Positions 1 through 10,585 are shown, counted from the stretch's first letter. The stretch is DNA of 58,163 nt from an uncultured Candidatus Saccharibacteria bacterium (GCA_964451085.1 CAYVHE010000001.1:1-58163), one strand, 5' to 3'. Notes: generated by a model not told the origin, from the letters alone. A program made the numbers and translations.

Positions 1-128
1 ATACACATACCCATATTCTAAAACGAAAGTGTTCAATAAACTGGGGCTTAGTATAAGCAAGCATAAGAATTAAATTGCATTTATGTATAAACTATGATAT
101 AGTACAGTTGTTAAGGAGTGAATTATAG

Positions 129-716
129 ATGGAATTTGTATCAAGAATGAGATGGCTAATTGTAATAGTTGTTTTTACTCTGTCAATCGGATTGATTGGA
201 TGGGGATTATATTCTATTGCCAGAGGTATTTTTAATAGTTCTAGTGCTCCTGCTCAAATTGAGGAAACTACAGGATATAACGTAAAATCTGCCGGAACCG
301 CAAGCCTAACAGTTGATGGTCCTGTCGTAGCTAACGAAGAGAATAGATCTTACAAGATTGAGGTTAGTTCAGGTGTTGTCTCTATGAAGGTCTATAAGAG
401 TTATGGTCAGGTTCTTTTAAGCGAAAAAAGCTATAAAAACAATGATGTATCTTTTGATAATTTTTTGAGTGCCCTAAAAGAGTTAAATGTCACATCTAGA
501 AAGAAGAACACGACTTTAGATGATGATAATTCTGGGACAGGTGTTTGCTCAAACGGTAAAAGGTATATTGTAGAATTAGATAATGACGTAAGAAGATGGT
601 CTACTTCCTGCAGCAGTAAACAGGGTACGGCTGGCTTTTCTATGAGTGCAATAAGAACGTTATTCGGTAAACAAGTGCCCGATAAGAACGAATTGTTACG
701 TGGTACCGGACTCTAG
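129..716 (+). CDS. membrane-anchored hypothetical protein
   Basis: 195-aa ORF with an AAGGAG-like SD upstream. N-terminal hydrophobic helix (WLIVIVVFTLSIGLIGWGLY) followed by a soluble domain with 2 Cys. No family recognised. Confidence 0.5.
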   Translation: MEFVSRMRWLIVIVVFTLSIGLIGWGLYSIARGIFNSSSAPAQIEETTGYNVKSAGTASLTVDGPVVANEENRSYKIEVSSGVVSMKVYKSYGQVLLSEKSYKNNDVSFDNFLSALKELNVTSRKKNTTLDDDNSGTGVCSNGKRYIVELDNDVRRWSTSCSSKQGTAGFSMSAIRTLFGKQVPDKNELLRGTGL

Positions 717-772
717 ATAATTATAAGAATAATTACTTGCTAGTATCAGACGGCTAAATACGAGATAATAGA

Positions 773-1372
773 GTGATGAATAAGGCGGTAGTTTTTGATT
801 TTTATGGAGTGCTATTCCCTAATACTTATTGGGCTTTAGCAGATTTTTACTGTCCTGATATGGATAAAAATATTCATAAACAATTGCAGGATATTATTCG
901 TAGTTCTGATAGGGGGGAGATAAGTCAGAATGATATGTGGCTTGAAGTTATTAAGATATATGGAGTTAGCCTTGATGAATTGATGCAGAAAAAAGGCTCT
1001 TTTGGCGGACTTGATCTTAATCTTTTGAAGTACGTAACAGATCTAAAGGGAAAAGGTGTTAAAACGGGTATTATATCTAACGCTGGAAGCGGATTCGTTG
1101 AGGGCGCCTTAGCAAACGAGTCCTACCTCGAAGCTTTCAATAGCATTATTGTTAGTGGAGATGTTGGCGTAGTTAAGCCATCACATGAGATATTTATGAT
1201 GAGTGTAGAAGCCTTATCGGTTCAAGCTAAAGATTGTTTATTTTTTGATGATATCCAGAGAAACGTAGATGCAGCTCGTGAATTTGGTATGCAGGCTCAT
1301 TTATATGAGGGATTATCTGATTGTAAACTGGTGGTACAAAACTTTTTAGACTACACCGATACGGATAAATAG
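773..1372 (+). CDS. HAD-superfamily hydrolase
   Basis: N-terminal motif I VVFDFYGVLF (DxxGV-type nucleophile region), ISNA motif II, and a C-terminal FFDD acidic motif. GTG at 773 is followed directly by ATG at 776, the more likely start. Confidence 0.75.
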   Translation: MMNKAVVFDFYGVLFPNTYWALADFYCPDMDKNIHKQLQDIIRSSDRGEISQNDMWLEVIKIYGVSLDELMQKKGSFGGLDLNLLKYVTDLKGKGVKTGIISNAGSGFVEGALANESYLEAFNSIIVSGDVGVVKPSHEIFMMSVEALSVQAKDCLFFDDIQRNVDAAREFGMQAHLYEGLSDCKLVVQNFLDYTDTDK

Positions 1373-1588
1373 CTTTTTATCAAGGTTACATTGCTCTATT
1401 ATTTTAGGCAATTCCATTTGTAGTGTTGATGCGAGAGGTGCGCTTGGAACTACAATTGTATAACCGTAATATGATACCGAAGCTTTAATATCAACTCTAT
1501 GTTTTGTCTTAGCATATTCCTTGAGTGCCGACAGCTGAGGAGGCTCTTGGGGTGTTTTATCCTTAAGAAGGTCTTTAATGGTGTCCAT
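1346..1588 (-). CDS. small DUF721/DciA-like protein (tentative)
   Basis: 80-aa ORF. The pattern YTIVVPSAPLASTLQMELPKIIEQCN resembles the DUF721 core (strand, then SS-WA-EL helix). Its 3' end overlaps the convergent HAD gene by 27 nt. Confidence 0.35.
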   Translation of the reverse strand: MDTIKDLLKDKTPQEPPQLSALKEYAKTKHRVDIKASVSYYGYTIVVPSAPLASTLQMELPKIIEQCNLDKKLFIRIGVV

Positions 1589-1650
1589 AACTATCCATTA
1601 TTATAACCTTTGTAGTTTAAAAAAAGGATTTGGATTATAATTAAACTTAA

Positions 1651-2475
1651 ATGGGTATGTTTCCTGATGTAGTTATGGGTCCCAAAGAAAATAATATTAT
1701 TGAAGGCGCAGTGAGAGTTGGAAGGAATGATGTTGAATATAAATACTCACAGCCAGAGCATGTAGTTCATCCAAACGTTTTCGTTATGGATTCAGGCCTA
1801 GCATCAAATATTGATTCACTGCATATACCATTTGAAAGATTTGCAGAACTTGGTTGTAGTGTGATTGCAGTAGGTCATAATCATCACGACATCCTCCATC
1901 CCATTAGTACGAACGCACATGAGGTAGAAGCTGTCATAGAAGAAGTTATACCAGATAAAACAGTAGACTTAGTGGGGTTGTCACGGGGTTGGCCAGCTCA
2001 AGTATTGGTAGCGCAACATATAGAAAAAGTTAATTCTCTAACAGCAGTCGCACCAGCTATGATGACGCCTATAAGTTTATCGAGACTTGGTTTACTAGGG
2101 GTGGAGGTAGCTAGAGAAACATTCAGGAACCCAAGAAAATTTGGCAAGGTCATATTAGGCAGCGTTGGTACAGTCTTACGGAGGCCTGATGTCACAATCT
2201 CTGAGGCTGTTACTCTTACCAGAGGGTTTGTGCATAATAGGGTTTCTGATCTAAAGTTACTAAAAAGTGATATAGAATTGCATTTAGTTGCGTCGCTATA
2301 TGATGGATTTTTTGATCCAGTTGGCTTGGAGTCGATTGCTCGTGATCTTGGTTTTGATTCAATAACACTATTTGGTGAAAATCTCGCTGGTCACGCAGCT
2401 CTAACGTACAATAATCATATAGTCGATGAAATTGTATCTAAAGTGTATCCAGAACGCGCTGTGTTAGCTGCCTAA
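1651..2475 (+). CDS. alpha/beta-fold hydrolase
   Basis: 274 aa with a GLSRGW nucleophile elbow (GxSxG) after a beta-strand, and a late His (AGHAAL). The layout is typical of an alpha/beta hydrolase. Confidence 0.6.
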   Translation: MGMFPDVVMGPKENNIIEGAVRVGRNDVEYKYSQPEHVVHPNVFVMDSGLASNIDSLHIPFERFAELGCSVIAVGHNHHDILHPISTNAHEVEAVIEEVIPDKTVDLVGLSRGWPAQVLVAQHIEKVNSLTAVAPAMMTPISLSRLGLLGVEVARETFRNPRKFGKVILGSVGTVLRRPDVTISEAVTLTRGFVHNRVSDLKLLKSDIELHLVASLYDGFFDPVGLESIARDLGFDSITLFGENLAGHAALTYNNHIVDEIVSKVYPERAVLAA

Positions 2476-2489
2476 TATATACTAAGAGT

Positions 2490-3371
2490 ATGCCAGAGTT
2501 ACCAGAAGTTGAAATAGTTATAATAGGTCTAAAGCAATTAATTATCGGTAAGAACATAAAAAAAGTTACTAGTGATTTTGCTAAGTCTTTTCCTAATGAC
2601 AAATTCGCAGTTTCAAAGTTTATGATTGGTTCGGACATTGTAAGCATACGGAGAAAAGGGAAGGTTATACTAATAGATCTTTCTACGGGTTATAGTCTGA
2701 TGACACACCTAAGAATGACCGGTCAATTGGTCTATGTGGGGTTAAAAAATAAAAGATTTGGCGCGGGTCACCCTAATGGCTCACTCACAGCTAAATTACC
2801 AGACAAATCAACAAGAGTCGATATTACTTTTTCAGACAATGCACAGCTATATTTTAATGACCAAAGAAAATTTGGACGGATGAATCTGTTACCTACAGAA
2901 TTAGTAAAATACGATAGTTTTATAGCAAAGCTAGGTCCTGAACCACTCAATAATAGCTTTACTCCGGAAGTTTTTAGTGAACAGCTTAGAAGTAAGTCGG
3001 GGAGTACTATAAAGGCTGCTTTATTGGATCAGTCAGTGCTGGCAGGAATTGGCAATATTTATGCTGATGAAAGTCTATGGCTAGCAAAAATCCATCCATC
3101 CATTAAGGCTGGCAAACTGTCTAGAAGCAGAATAACGGCACTACATGGAGCCATAGTTAAGATACTCAAAGCATCAATAGACGCAGGTGGTAGTACTTCC
3201 AAAAACTATGTAAATGCTAAGGGTGAAAAAGGAAGCTATCTAACAGCTGCTAACGTTTATAGACGTGAGGGTAAGCCATGTAGGCGCTGTAAAACCTTAA
3301 TAGAAAAGACAAGAGTAGCTGGTAGAGGTACGCATACCTGCAGCACATGCCAACAAATAAAGAATAAATAA
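2490..3371 (+). CDS. mutM: formamidopyrimidine-DNA glycosylase
   Basis: Starts MPELPEVE (catalytic Pro2/Glu3). Has H2TH region and a C-terminal zinc finger CRRC...CSTCQ. Confidence 0.9.
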   Translation: MPELPEVEIVIIGLKQLIIGKNIKKVTSDFAKSFPNDKFAVSKFMIGSDIVSIRRKGKVILIDLSTGYSLMTHLRMTGQLVYVGLKNKRFGAGHPNGSLTAKLPDKSTRVDITFSDNAQLYFNDQRKFGRMNLLPTELVKYDSFIAKLGPEPLNNSFTPEVFSEQLRSKSGSTIKAALLDQSVLAGIGNIYADESLWLAKIHPSIKAGKLSRSRITALHGAIVKILKASIDAGGSTSKNYVNAKGEKGSYLTAANVYRREGKPCRRCKTLIEKTRVAGRGTHTCSTCQQIKNK

Positions 3372-3426
3372 TGTATTCAAAAGAAACGTGTTATTACTAT
3401 GCCTTATTATCTAGTTAAGTGGTATA

Positions 3427-4368
3427 GTGATAAGTACCATGATTACAGTACTAACAGGGGAAAATGATTATGCTATACGTATTAAACTCAGTAGCATAAT
3501 TGCTGAATTTAGATCTAGCAATGGTGATAGTATAGAAAGATTTTCCGGATTTGAAACACTAGATTTTGGTGATGTAGTTAACGCGATACGAAGCATTTCT
3601 TTATTCGACAATAAAAAACTAGTAATTATTTCAGATTTTAGTAAATCAAAAAATATTCTTGATAACATTGAAGGCATTAACTCTCAAATAGCGGACAGCA
3701 CAAAACTAATATTGGTTGACTCAAAACTTGATAAACGAACGTCGGCCTATAAGTTTTTGAAAATTAACGCTAACTTAATTGTATTTAATAATTTAGACTT
3801 GGTTTCTTTGCAAAACTGGGTTTTGGCTAAATTTAAAGAGCAAGGCAGCACCATTTCTCCAGCTTCAGCAGCATACCTTATTGAAAGGGTAGGGCAAAAC
3901 CAGCAACAGCTAGACAAAGAGGTCGAAAAACTATGTTTGTCAGGTCAATCAATAACTAATGAACTTATCGATAGAATGGCCGAACAAACTCCAAAAGGTA
4001 AGATATTTGACTTACTAGAAGTGTTGTTTCTAGGTAAATTGGAGAAAGCGTGGGGTTTGTATAAGGGTCAACGTGCTCAAGGCGAAGCTCCGCAAAAAAT
4101 CATTGCAATGATAGTATGGCAGTTGCAACAGTTTACTCTAGCGATTTACGCTAATCCTAAAACAACTAACACCCTTGTTAAGTCTGGCATGTCGTCGTAC
4201 ACGGCGCAAAAATCTCTTCAGGCTGTAAGTAACATTAGTAAAGCAGATCTTAGGTTCTATATATCTAGACTTTCGGAGATTGATGCTCAATCTAAAACAA
4301 GCGCAGATGTGGAATCGGCGCTTGAAGTATATTTTTCGGAGATAACGGACAGGCTAGCTATTTCTTAG
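3427..4368 (+). CDS. holA: DNA polymerase III subunit delta
   Basis: 313 aa with an N-terminal VLTGENDY...KLVII pattern and a helical C-terminal domain typical of HolA. GTG start at 3427; alternative ATG at 3439. Confidence 0.7.
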   Translation: MISTMITVLTGENDYAIRIKLSSIIAEFRSSNGDSIERFSGFETLDFGDVVNAIRSISLFDNKKLVIISDFSKSKNILDNIEGINSQIADSTKLILVDSKLDKRTSAYKFLKINANLIVFNNLDLVSLQNWVLAKFKEQGSTISPASAAYLIERVGQNQQQLDKEVEKLCLSGQSITNELIDRMAEQTPKGKIFDLLEVLFLGKLEKAWGLYKGQRAQGEAPQKIIAMIVWQLQQFTLAIYANPKTTNTLVKSGMSSYTAQKSLQAVSNISKADLRFYISRLSEIDAQSKTSADVESALEVYFSEITDRLAIS

Positions 4369-4747
4369 CAGTAGCCTTCTTGGCTGTAGTTTTTTTAGTT
4401 TTCGCCTTAGGTTTGGTAGTCTTCTTCTTAGCAGTAGTAGCCTTTTTTGGACTTTTTGCTTTGGTGGTTTTCTTGCTTCCCACTTTAGTAGTACCAGCTA
4501 ATTTGGAAGCTTTATTTACCTGACTTTTCTGACGAGCTCCTTTTTGCTTGCTGATAACATGCTTCTTTACTGCCGTATCAATTGCACTGTAAGCTTCGTT
4601 TTGAGCTTTGGTGGTGTCTTTTTTGCCGCTTAAAGCAGCGTGAAAAGTTTTCAAACTCTCTTTTAGTGATTTCTTGGTCTTTGCATTCTTGATGCTAGCT
4701 TTTTGAGTAACTCTAACTCTTTTTTTAGCTGATTTTATAATCGGCAT
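4358..4747 (-). CDS. rpsT: 30S ribosomal protein S20 with a Lys/Thr/Ala-rich C-terminal extension
   Basis: N-terminus MPIIKSAKKRVRVTQK...HAAL is canonical S20. About 45 extra residues of KKTT/AKKA repeats follow. Confidence 0.9.
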   Translation of the reverse strand: MPIIKSAKKRVRVTQKASIKNAKTKKSLKESLKTFHAALSGKKDTTKAQNEAYSAIDTAVKKHVISKQKGARQKSQVNKASKLAGTTKVGSKKTTKAKSPKKATTAKKKTTKPKAKTKKTTAKKATAKK

Positions 4748-4906
4748 AGATCTGTTTTAGACTCCTGTTTTATAGTGTAGTTTAATAGTAATAATCCATG
4801 AAACTATACCTGAAAAGCACGAAAATGTAAACAGTGGTTAATAAAGTGATGGACAAAATATAGCGCTTATGGTACTATTTACCCGATAAATAATCAAAAA
4901 TAAAAC

Positions 4907-6406
4907 ATGAATGATCAACAAAGACAACAGGTATTAGAACAGCTAAAAACAGCTAATAATGTTTTAATTACAGTCAATGCTAACCCTTCAGTCGACGAAT
5001 TAGCGGCCTCAATTGGTCTAACTATTGCATTAAACAAGATGGACAAACATGCTACGACTGTATTTAGTGGTGTCGTGCCGTCCACTATTGAGTTTTTGCA
5101 ACCTGAAAAGACGATAGAAACAACAACAGATTCTCTGCGAGACTTTATAATCGCGCTCGATAAATCTAAAGCTGATAAATTACGTTATAAGGTAGAAGCA
5201 GATGTAGTTAGGATATTTATAACCCCCTACAGAACAACTATCTCTGATAAAGACCTAAAGTTTAGCCAGGGTGACTTTAATGTTGATGCTATAGTAGCGC
5301 TTGGAGTAGTCAATAAGGAGCACCTTGATAATGCAGTAACAGCTCACGGGAGGATTCTGCACGATGCAGTAGTAATAGCGGTCACAAATCGTGACAAAGT
5401 AAGCGAATTAGGCTCAATTAACTGGCAAGATAAACAAGCAGGAAGCTTATGTGAAATGATAGCGGGAATGACGTCAGAGTTGAAACCTGACGCAATCGAC
5501 GGTCAGATGGCAACTGCTTTACTAACCGGAATCATATCCGAAACCGATTGGTTTAAGAACGAAAAGACTACTCCTAATGCCCTAGCGTTGAGCTCTAAAC
5601 TTCTGGCCGCTGGAGCAAACCAACAGCTCATTGCAGATAAGTTGGAAGAACCTGCGACATTGCCAGCACCAATCTTTGAAGCTGCATCTAAAACACCCTT
5701 GAAGGAGGTAAATGAGACTAAGTCGAACGAATCTGATGGAGAACTAGAAATATCACACGGTAAAGACCAAGATGATTCCAAGGAACCAGAAATAGATAAG
5801 ATTCATATTGATGAGGATGGGAATATTAGTAAACCAGAAGAGATACCTCAGTATCAACCCACTCATGACGATAGCCCCCCTGTAGAACCAGCGGTAGACG
5901 CGGAAGAAAAACCATTGGAAAAACAAGACACTCCGATTGATTCTGTAGATAATAAAGACGAAGAAAAGCCTGCGGTGCCCCAAGATACGCCTGAAGTTCC
6001 TACTATGCATCATGAAAAAGTCATCTCTCCCTTATCAGAAGACGGTACCCCAAAAGCGTCGGACAAACCTTTTGATCTCAACGAGGCTATGAAGGAGGTG
6101 GGATCTTCGGGAGCAAATCAGACACTGTCTGATCTTGAAGAATCAGTAGACAGTACTAAAGTCCAATCACAGCCTAAGCAACTTCCGCCACCACCGCCGG
6201 TTTCTGATTCAGATTCGTCTACAACCAGTCAGACACAACCTAAAGTTCTAGATCAGTCGAAAGACCCCGCAACTCTCCAGCCCAGTACTACTCCAGCTCC
6301 ATCTCCCCCAACTCCACCCCCTCCTGTTCCTCCGCCAATGACTGCACCACAGTTTTACGATGCTAACGGAGACAGCAACAATCCGTTTCTTAACCCCAGT
6401 AAATAG
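4907..6406 (+). CDS. DHH/NrnA-like protein with degenerate motifs and a ~250-aa acidic/proline-rich tail
   Basis: N-terminal LITVNANPSVDELAASIGL aligns to DHH motif I (HxxPDGDAxGS) with the acidic residues replaced. No DHH or GGGH motif is seen. It sits upstream of truB as nrnA does in many genomes. The tail contains PPPPPV and PSPPTPPPPVPPP runs. Confidence 0.5.
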   Translation: MNDQQRQQVLEQLKTANNVLITVNANPSVDELAASIGLTIALNKMDKHATTVFSGVVPSTIEFLQPEKTIETTTDSLRDFIIALDKSKADKLRYKVEADVVRIFITPYRTTISDKDLKFSQGDFNVDAIVALGVVNKEHLDNAVTAHGRILHDAVVIAVTNRDKVSELGSINWQDKQAGSLCEMIAGMTSELKPDAIDGQMATALLTGIISETDWFKNEKTTPNALALSSKLLAAGANQQLIADKLEEPATLPAPIFEAASKTPLKEVNETKSNESDGELEISHGKDQDDSKEPEIDKIHIDEDGNISKPEEIPQYQPTHDDSPPVEPAVDAEEKPLEKQDTPIDSVDNKDEEKPAVPQDTPEVPTMHHEKVISPLSEDGTPKASDKPFDLNEAMKEVGSSGANQTLSDLEESVDSTKVQSQPKQLPPPPPVSDSDSSTTSQTQPKVLDQSKDPATLQPSTTPAPSPPTPPPPVPPPMTAPQFYDANGDSNNPFLNPSK

Positions 6407-6418
6407 CCCCAATCAATA

Positions 6419-7105
6419 ATGGAAGGAATTCTTTTAGTAGACAAGCCAAAGGGCTGGACGAGTTTTGACGTCGTTAATAAGATTAGAAGTATTGTGGCCA
6501 AAGAACTTGACCAAAAACCTAGAAGTGTAAAAGTTGGCCATACAGGCACGTTAGACCCAGCTGCTACTGGTCTTTTAGTGGTTTGCATAGGTAAAAAGTA
6601 TACAAAAACGATACAAGATTTGATTATTCACGATAAAACTTACGAAGTAGAAATGGTTTTAGGAAAAGTTAGTACAACGGGAGATCAGGAGGGTGAAATT
6701 ACTGCAAAAAGCATCTCTACGCCCAAGCAAAAGGATATTAATACGGTAATAGCACACTTTATTGGTGAAATAAGTCAGAAACCGCCAGTGTATAGCGCTA
6801 TAAAAATTAATGGCAAACGAGCCTATGAGCTGGCAAGGAAAGGCCAAAAAGTAGACATGCCATCTAGAAAAGTTAAGATACATTCTATGACCAACGTAAG
6901 TTATGACTATCCAATTGTAAAATTTGTAACACGTGTCGGCAGTGGCACATATATCAGGTCTTTGGTCCAGGACATAGGTGATGAGTTGAATACCGGAGCC
7001 TACACAAGTAATCTAAGGAGAATTTCCGTAGGCGATAAAAAAATTCAAGATGCTCTGCAAATATCAGATATAACTGCAAATAATATCAAGAACTTACTTG
7101 CGTAA
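6419..7105 (+). CDS. truB: tRNA pseudouridine-55 synthase
   Basis: Contains GILLVDKPKGWTSFD and the catalytic-Asp motif GHTGTLDPAATGLL. Confidence 0.9.
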   Translation: MEGILLVDKPKGWTSFDVVNKIRSIVAKELDQKPRSVKVGHTGTLDPAATGLLVVCIGKKYTKTIQDLIIHDKTYEVEMVLGKVSTTGDQEGEITAKSISTPKQKDINTVIAHFIGEISQKPPVYSAIKINGKRAYELARKGQKVDMPSRKVKIHSMTNVSYDYPIVKFVTRVGSGTYIRSLVQDIGDELNTGAYTSNLRRISVGDKKIQDALQISDITANNIKNLLA

Positions 7106-7138
7106 AACAGAAGATTCGTGTTATAGTACTCTGTAACA

Positions 7139-7402
7139 ATGACAGAAACGAAGACAGCGAGCACTAGCAAAAGTGCGTCTAAAACAGTGGTAGATACAGG
7201 ATCTCCGAGTGTGCAAGTAAAAGCACTTACTGCTCGAATTAATGAGCTTACAGAACACTTGAAATTGAATAAAAAAGACCACATGGCAAGAAGAGGCTTA
7301 CTAGTAATGGTAGGGCGTAGAAAAAGACTTCTAAAATATATCGCTAGTAAAGACAGTTCGGCTTATCTAGCCCTTATTAAGAAGCTTGGCCTAAGACGTT
7401 AA
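7139..7402 (+). CDS. rpsO: 30S ribosomal protein S15
   Basis: 87 aa with [35 protein letters not shown]...RRKRLLKY, a canonical S15 sequence. The truB-rpsO-pnp synteny is conserved. Confidence 0.9.
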   Translation: MTETKTASTSKSASKTVVDTGSPSVQVKALTARINELTEHLKLNKKDHMARRGLLVMVGRRKRLLKYIASKDSSAYLALIKKLGLRR

Positions 7403-7589
7403 TAATTCGTTTTTTTGTTGAAATAGCAAAGTGATAATTTTTTCAATCATGCGCATTTCATAATTGAAATACGTAAGATAAAGAAAATAATCGGATTGGT
7501 GGGAAAGGTGATAGAGCACAGCTTGCGATTTTATAGGATACGCAATCTGAACCCTGTTACTTAAACCCTAATCCAAGAAAAGGAAAAAC

Positions 7590-9725
7590 ATGTCAAAAAT
7601 AATAAATCCCATGGGTAAAGATATATTGAGAGTTTCTACCGATTTATTTGGTAGGGAGCTAACTTTAGAGGTTAATAGGGTTGGTTTTAGGAGCACTGCA
7701 TCAGTGGTAGTAAGTTACGGTGATACCGTAGTTTTGGGTACTGCAATGGTAGGGAAAGACTCAATAAGTGGAATGGACTATTTCCCATTAAGTATTGATT
7801 ACGAAGAAAAATTTTATGCAGCAGGGAAAATCAGCGGGTCTCGATATATCAAGCGCGAAGGTCGTCCAAGCGAAGAGGCTGTATTGATTGGAAGAATTAT
7901 TGATAGACCAATTAGACCGTTATGGCCTAAAGGCTATCGCCAGGCAGTTCAAGGTATAGCAACCGTTTTAAGTACTGACCCCTCCCTACGACCAGATATG
8001 ATAGCAATGATAGCTATAAGCTCAGCACTTTCACTAACTGGAGCCCCATTTGATGGACCGGTTGCGGGGTTAAGAGTTGGTTTAACTGAAGAAGGTAAGT
8101 ACAAAGCCTTTATGAGTATTGAAGAGTATGAAAAGAGCAAGTTAGACATAGTAGTAGCAGGAACTTCTAACGGAGTGATGATGGTAGAGGCAGGTGCTAA
8201 TGAAGCGTCTGAGCAGGAAGTTATTGAAGCTATAAAGTGGGCACAAGCTGCGATGCAACCAGCAATAGCTCTCCAAAAGGAGCTAGTTGAAAAAGTTGGA
8301 GTTAAAGCTATGGACTATGAACTGGTTATTCCTGACGAGAAGATAATTTCAGATGTAGCTAGATGGGCAGAAAGTAAGTTAGGTGTAAAACTACGTAAGG
8401 ATTACCCAGAACGTAACGCCATGATAGACGAAATTCGCAAAGAAATGCACGAATATTTTGAAAATGAGGTAGGAGAAACTTACGGTGATGTAAAAAACGA
8501 TTATTCTGAAGCTTTTCAAAAAGCGGTTCATGCTGACGTTAGAAAGGGTATTGTAGAAGATAACGTTCGACCAGATGGACGACAAATGACCGAAGTAAGA
8601 GAGCTATCTAGTGAAGTAGGATTTTTACCAAGAGCACACGGATCAAGCATATTTACGCGTGGTGTAACTCAGGGCATGAACATAGTTACTCTTGCACCGT
8701 TAAGCTACGTTCAGTTAGTAGACACTATGGAACGTCAAGGTGAAAGAAGATATATGCACCACTACAACGCTCCAGGATGGACTGTTGGTGAGGTTAAACG
8801 ATTAGGAAGTGCCGGTCGTAGAGAAATAGGTCACGGATATCTAGCTGAAAGGGCTCTGTCTCCTATGTTGCCCGCAGAAGCAGATTTCCCCTACACTATA
8901 CGTTCTGTAACTGAGATTATGAGCCAAAACGGTTCAACATCTATGGCTGCTACTTGCTCAAGCTGTATGGCGTTGTTAGATGCTGGCGTTCCATTAAAAA
9001 GACCAGTAAGTGGTATTGCGATGGGCTTAATGCTAGATGGCGATACACCATATATTATGACCGATATTGCAGATGCTGAAGATTTTGCAGGAGATATGGA
9101 CTTTAAGGTTACTGGTACTGATCAGGGCATTACTGCTCTGCAAATGGACATGAAAGTTCACGGATTGCCTATAGAGATTCTTGAATTGGCATTAAACAAG
9201 GGCAAGGACGGCAGAGCTAAAATTTTGCAACACATGTTAACTGTAATCGATAAGCCTGGAGAGATGAGTCCATACGCGCCAAGAGTAGAGTCCGTTATGA
9301 TTAACCCAGACAAGATCCGGGAAATTATCGGAAAAGGCGGAGAAACAATCCAAAGAATTACTGCCGAGAGCGGCACAGAAATTGACATAAAAGACGATGG
9401 TACGGTATTGATAGCTAGCCCTGATAAAGCAAAAATAGATATAGCCATTCAGATGGTTAAAGATATTGTTGCCGAACCAGAGGTTGGGGCGATATACAGA
9501 GACAAACCGGTCGTAAATGTAATGGATTTTGGTGCGTTTGTACAGATTATGCCAGGCAAAGACGGGCTTGTGCATGTCAGTGAAATGAGCGACGAAAGAG
9601 TCGAGAAACCTAGTGACGTAGTTAAAGAAGGCGATAAAGTTACTGTCAAATTGCTAGCAATTGACGACAAGGGTCGTCTGCAGCTTAGCATGAAGGCCGC
9701 CAAAAAAGAGCAAGACGATAAGTAA
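7590..9725 (+). CDS. pnp: polyribonucleotide nucleotidyltransferase (PNPase)
   Basis: 711 aa with two RNase PH domains and C-terminal KH (GKGGETIQ) and S1 (GAFVQIMPGKDGLVHVSE) domains. Confidence 0.95.
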   Translation: MSKIINPMGKDILRVSTDLFGRELTLEVNRVGFRSTASVVVSYGDTVVLGTAMVGKDSISGMDYFPLSIDYEEKFYAAGKISGSRYIKREGRPSEEAVLIGRIIDRPIRPLWPKGYRQAVQGIATVLSTDPSLRPDMIAMIAISSALSLTGAPFDGPVAGLRVGLTEEGKYKAFMSIEEYEKSKLDIVVAGTSNGVMMVEAGANEASEQEVIEAIKWAQAAMQPAIALQKELVEKVGVKAMDYELVIPDEKIISDVARWAESKLGVKLRKDYPERNAMIDEIRKEMHEYFENEVGETYGDVKNDYSEAFQKAVHADVRKGIVEDNVRPDGRQMTEVRELSSEVGFLPRAHGSSIFTRGVTQGMNIVTLAPLSYVQLVDTMERQGERRYMHHYNAPGWTVGEVKRLGSAGRREIGHGYLAERALSPMLPAEADFPYTIRSVTEIMSQNGSTSMAATCSSCMALLDAGVPLKRPVSGIAMGLMLDGDTPYIMTDIADAEDFAGDMDFKVTGTDQGITALQMDMKVHGLPIEILELALNKGKDGRAKILQHMLTVIDKPGEMSPYAPRVESVMINPDKIREIIGKGGETIQRITAESGTEIDIKDDGTVLIASPDKAKIDIAIQMVKDIVAEPEVGAIYRDKPVVNVMDFGAFVQIMPGKDGLVHVSEMSDERVEKPSDVVKEGDKVTVKLLAIDDKGRLQLSMKAAKKEQDDK

Positions 9726-9748
9726 GCGTAATGTAAGGAGTTACTTAG

Positions 9749-9988
9749 ATGACGATACTCTCAAAACTTGAAAAAGCAGTTAATAATAAACTACCCTACA
9801 GTTTATTGTTACTAAGTGTTTTAAGTTTTGGGGCGTCCTACGGGTTTCTTTCTTGGTCCGTAGATACCGGAAGTTTTCTACTGTATTTTATAACTTTCAT
9901 GTCTGTATATTTCGGATTCCACTTTTTGAAAGAGTTTATTAAGATTCGCTTTTTAGGTCATGGAAGAACAACAAGAAAAACTAGATAA
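9749..9988 (+). CDS. small two-TM membrane protein (hypothetical)
   Basis: 79 aa with two hydrophobic helices. AAGGAG SD upstream. Overlaps the downstream gene by 29 nt. Confidence 0.35.
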   Translation: MTILSKLEKAVNNKLPYSLLLLSVLSFGASYGFLSWSVDTGSFLLYFITFMSVYFGFHFLKEFIKIRFLGHGRTTRKTR

Positions 9989-10541
9989 ACTAGCACAGCG
10001 TGTTGTAGCTGAAAATGTTACACCTGAACTCGCAAAACAAGCTACGCAACTGGTATTTGGTAAGGGTAATGCAAAGGCAGAAATCATGTTTATAGGTGAA
10101 GCTCCAGGTAAAAAAGAAGATGAGTTAGGTGAACCTTTTGTCGGTGCTTCAGGCAAAGTGCTAGATGAACTGTTAGAGAAAATTTCACTTGACAGGAAAG
10201 ATGTTTATATTACGAATATAGTAAAATACAGGCCTCCAAACAATAGAGACCCACTGCCAGAAGAGAAAAAAGAGTTTTGGCCCTATCTACTAAAACAAAT
10301 TAGCATCATTAAACCAAAACTAATAGCAACCCTTGGTCGCCATAGTGGGCAAGTCTTCATACAAGACTTGCACATAAGTGTTGATCACGGAAACCCAAAA
10401 TCAATATCGGTAATTTTGGAAGGGAAGTCCCAATCAATTCAAATTTTACCCTTGTATCATCCTGCAGCCGCCCTATACAACGGGTCGCTCAGGAAAACAT
10501 TGGAAGAAGATTTTTCAAAGATATTAACATTAGTAAATTAA
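9960..10541 (+). CDS. uracil-DNA glycosylase, family 4-like
   Basis: Motif [21 protein letters not shown] and motif B YHPAAALY. Confidence 0.8.
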   Translation: MEEQQEKLDKLAQRVVAENVTPELAKQATQLVFGKGNAKAEIMFIGEAPGKKEDELGEPFVGASGKVLDELLEKISLDRKDVYITNIVKYRPPNNRDPLPEEKKEFWPYLLKQISIIKPKLIATLGRHSGQVFIQDLHISVDHGNPKSISVILEGKSQSIQILPLYHPAAALYNGSLRKTLEEDFSKILTLVN

Positions 10542-10585
10542 ATAAATTATTCTAAAAAATAGAACTTTAAGTAAAGGAGTTATAA

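Noticed and set aside
7403-7589. pnp autoregulatory (RNase III-type) leader hairpin.
   Set aside because: Only weak, imperfect stems are visible (TTGCGAT...ATACGCAA). That is not enough to call a feature.
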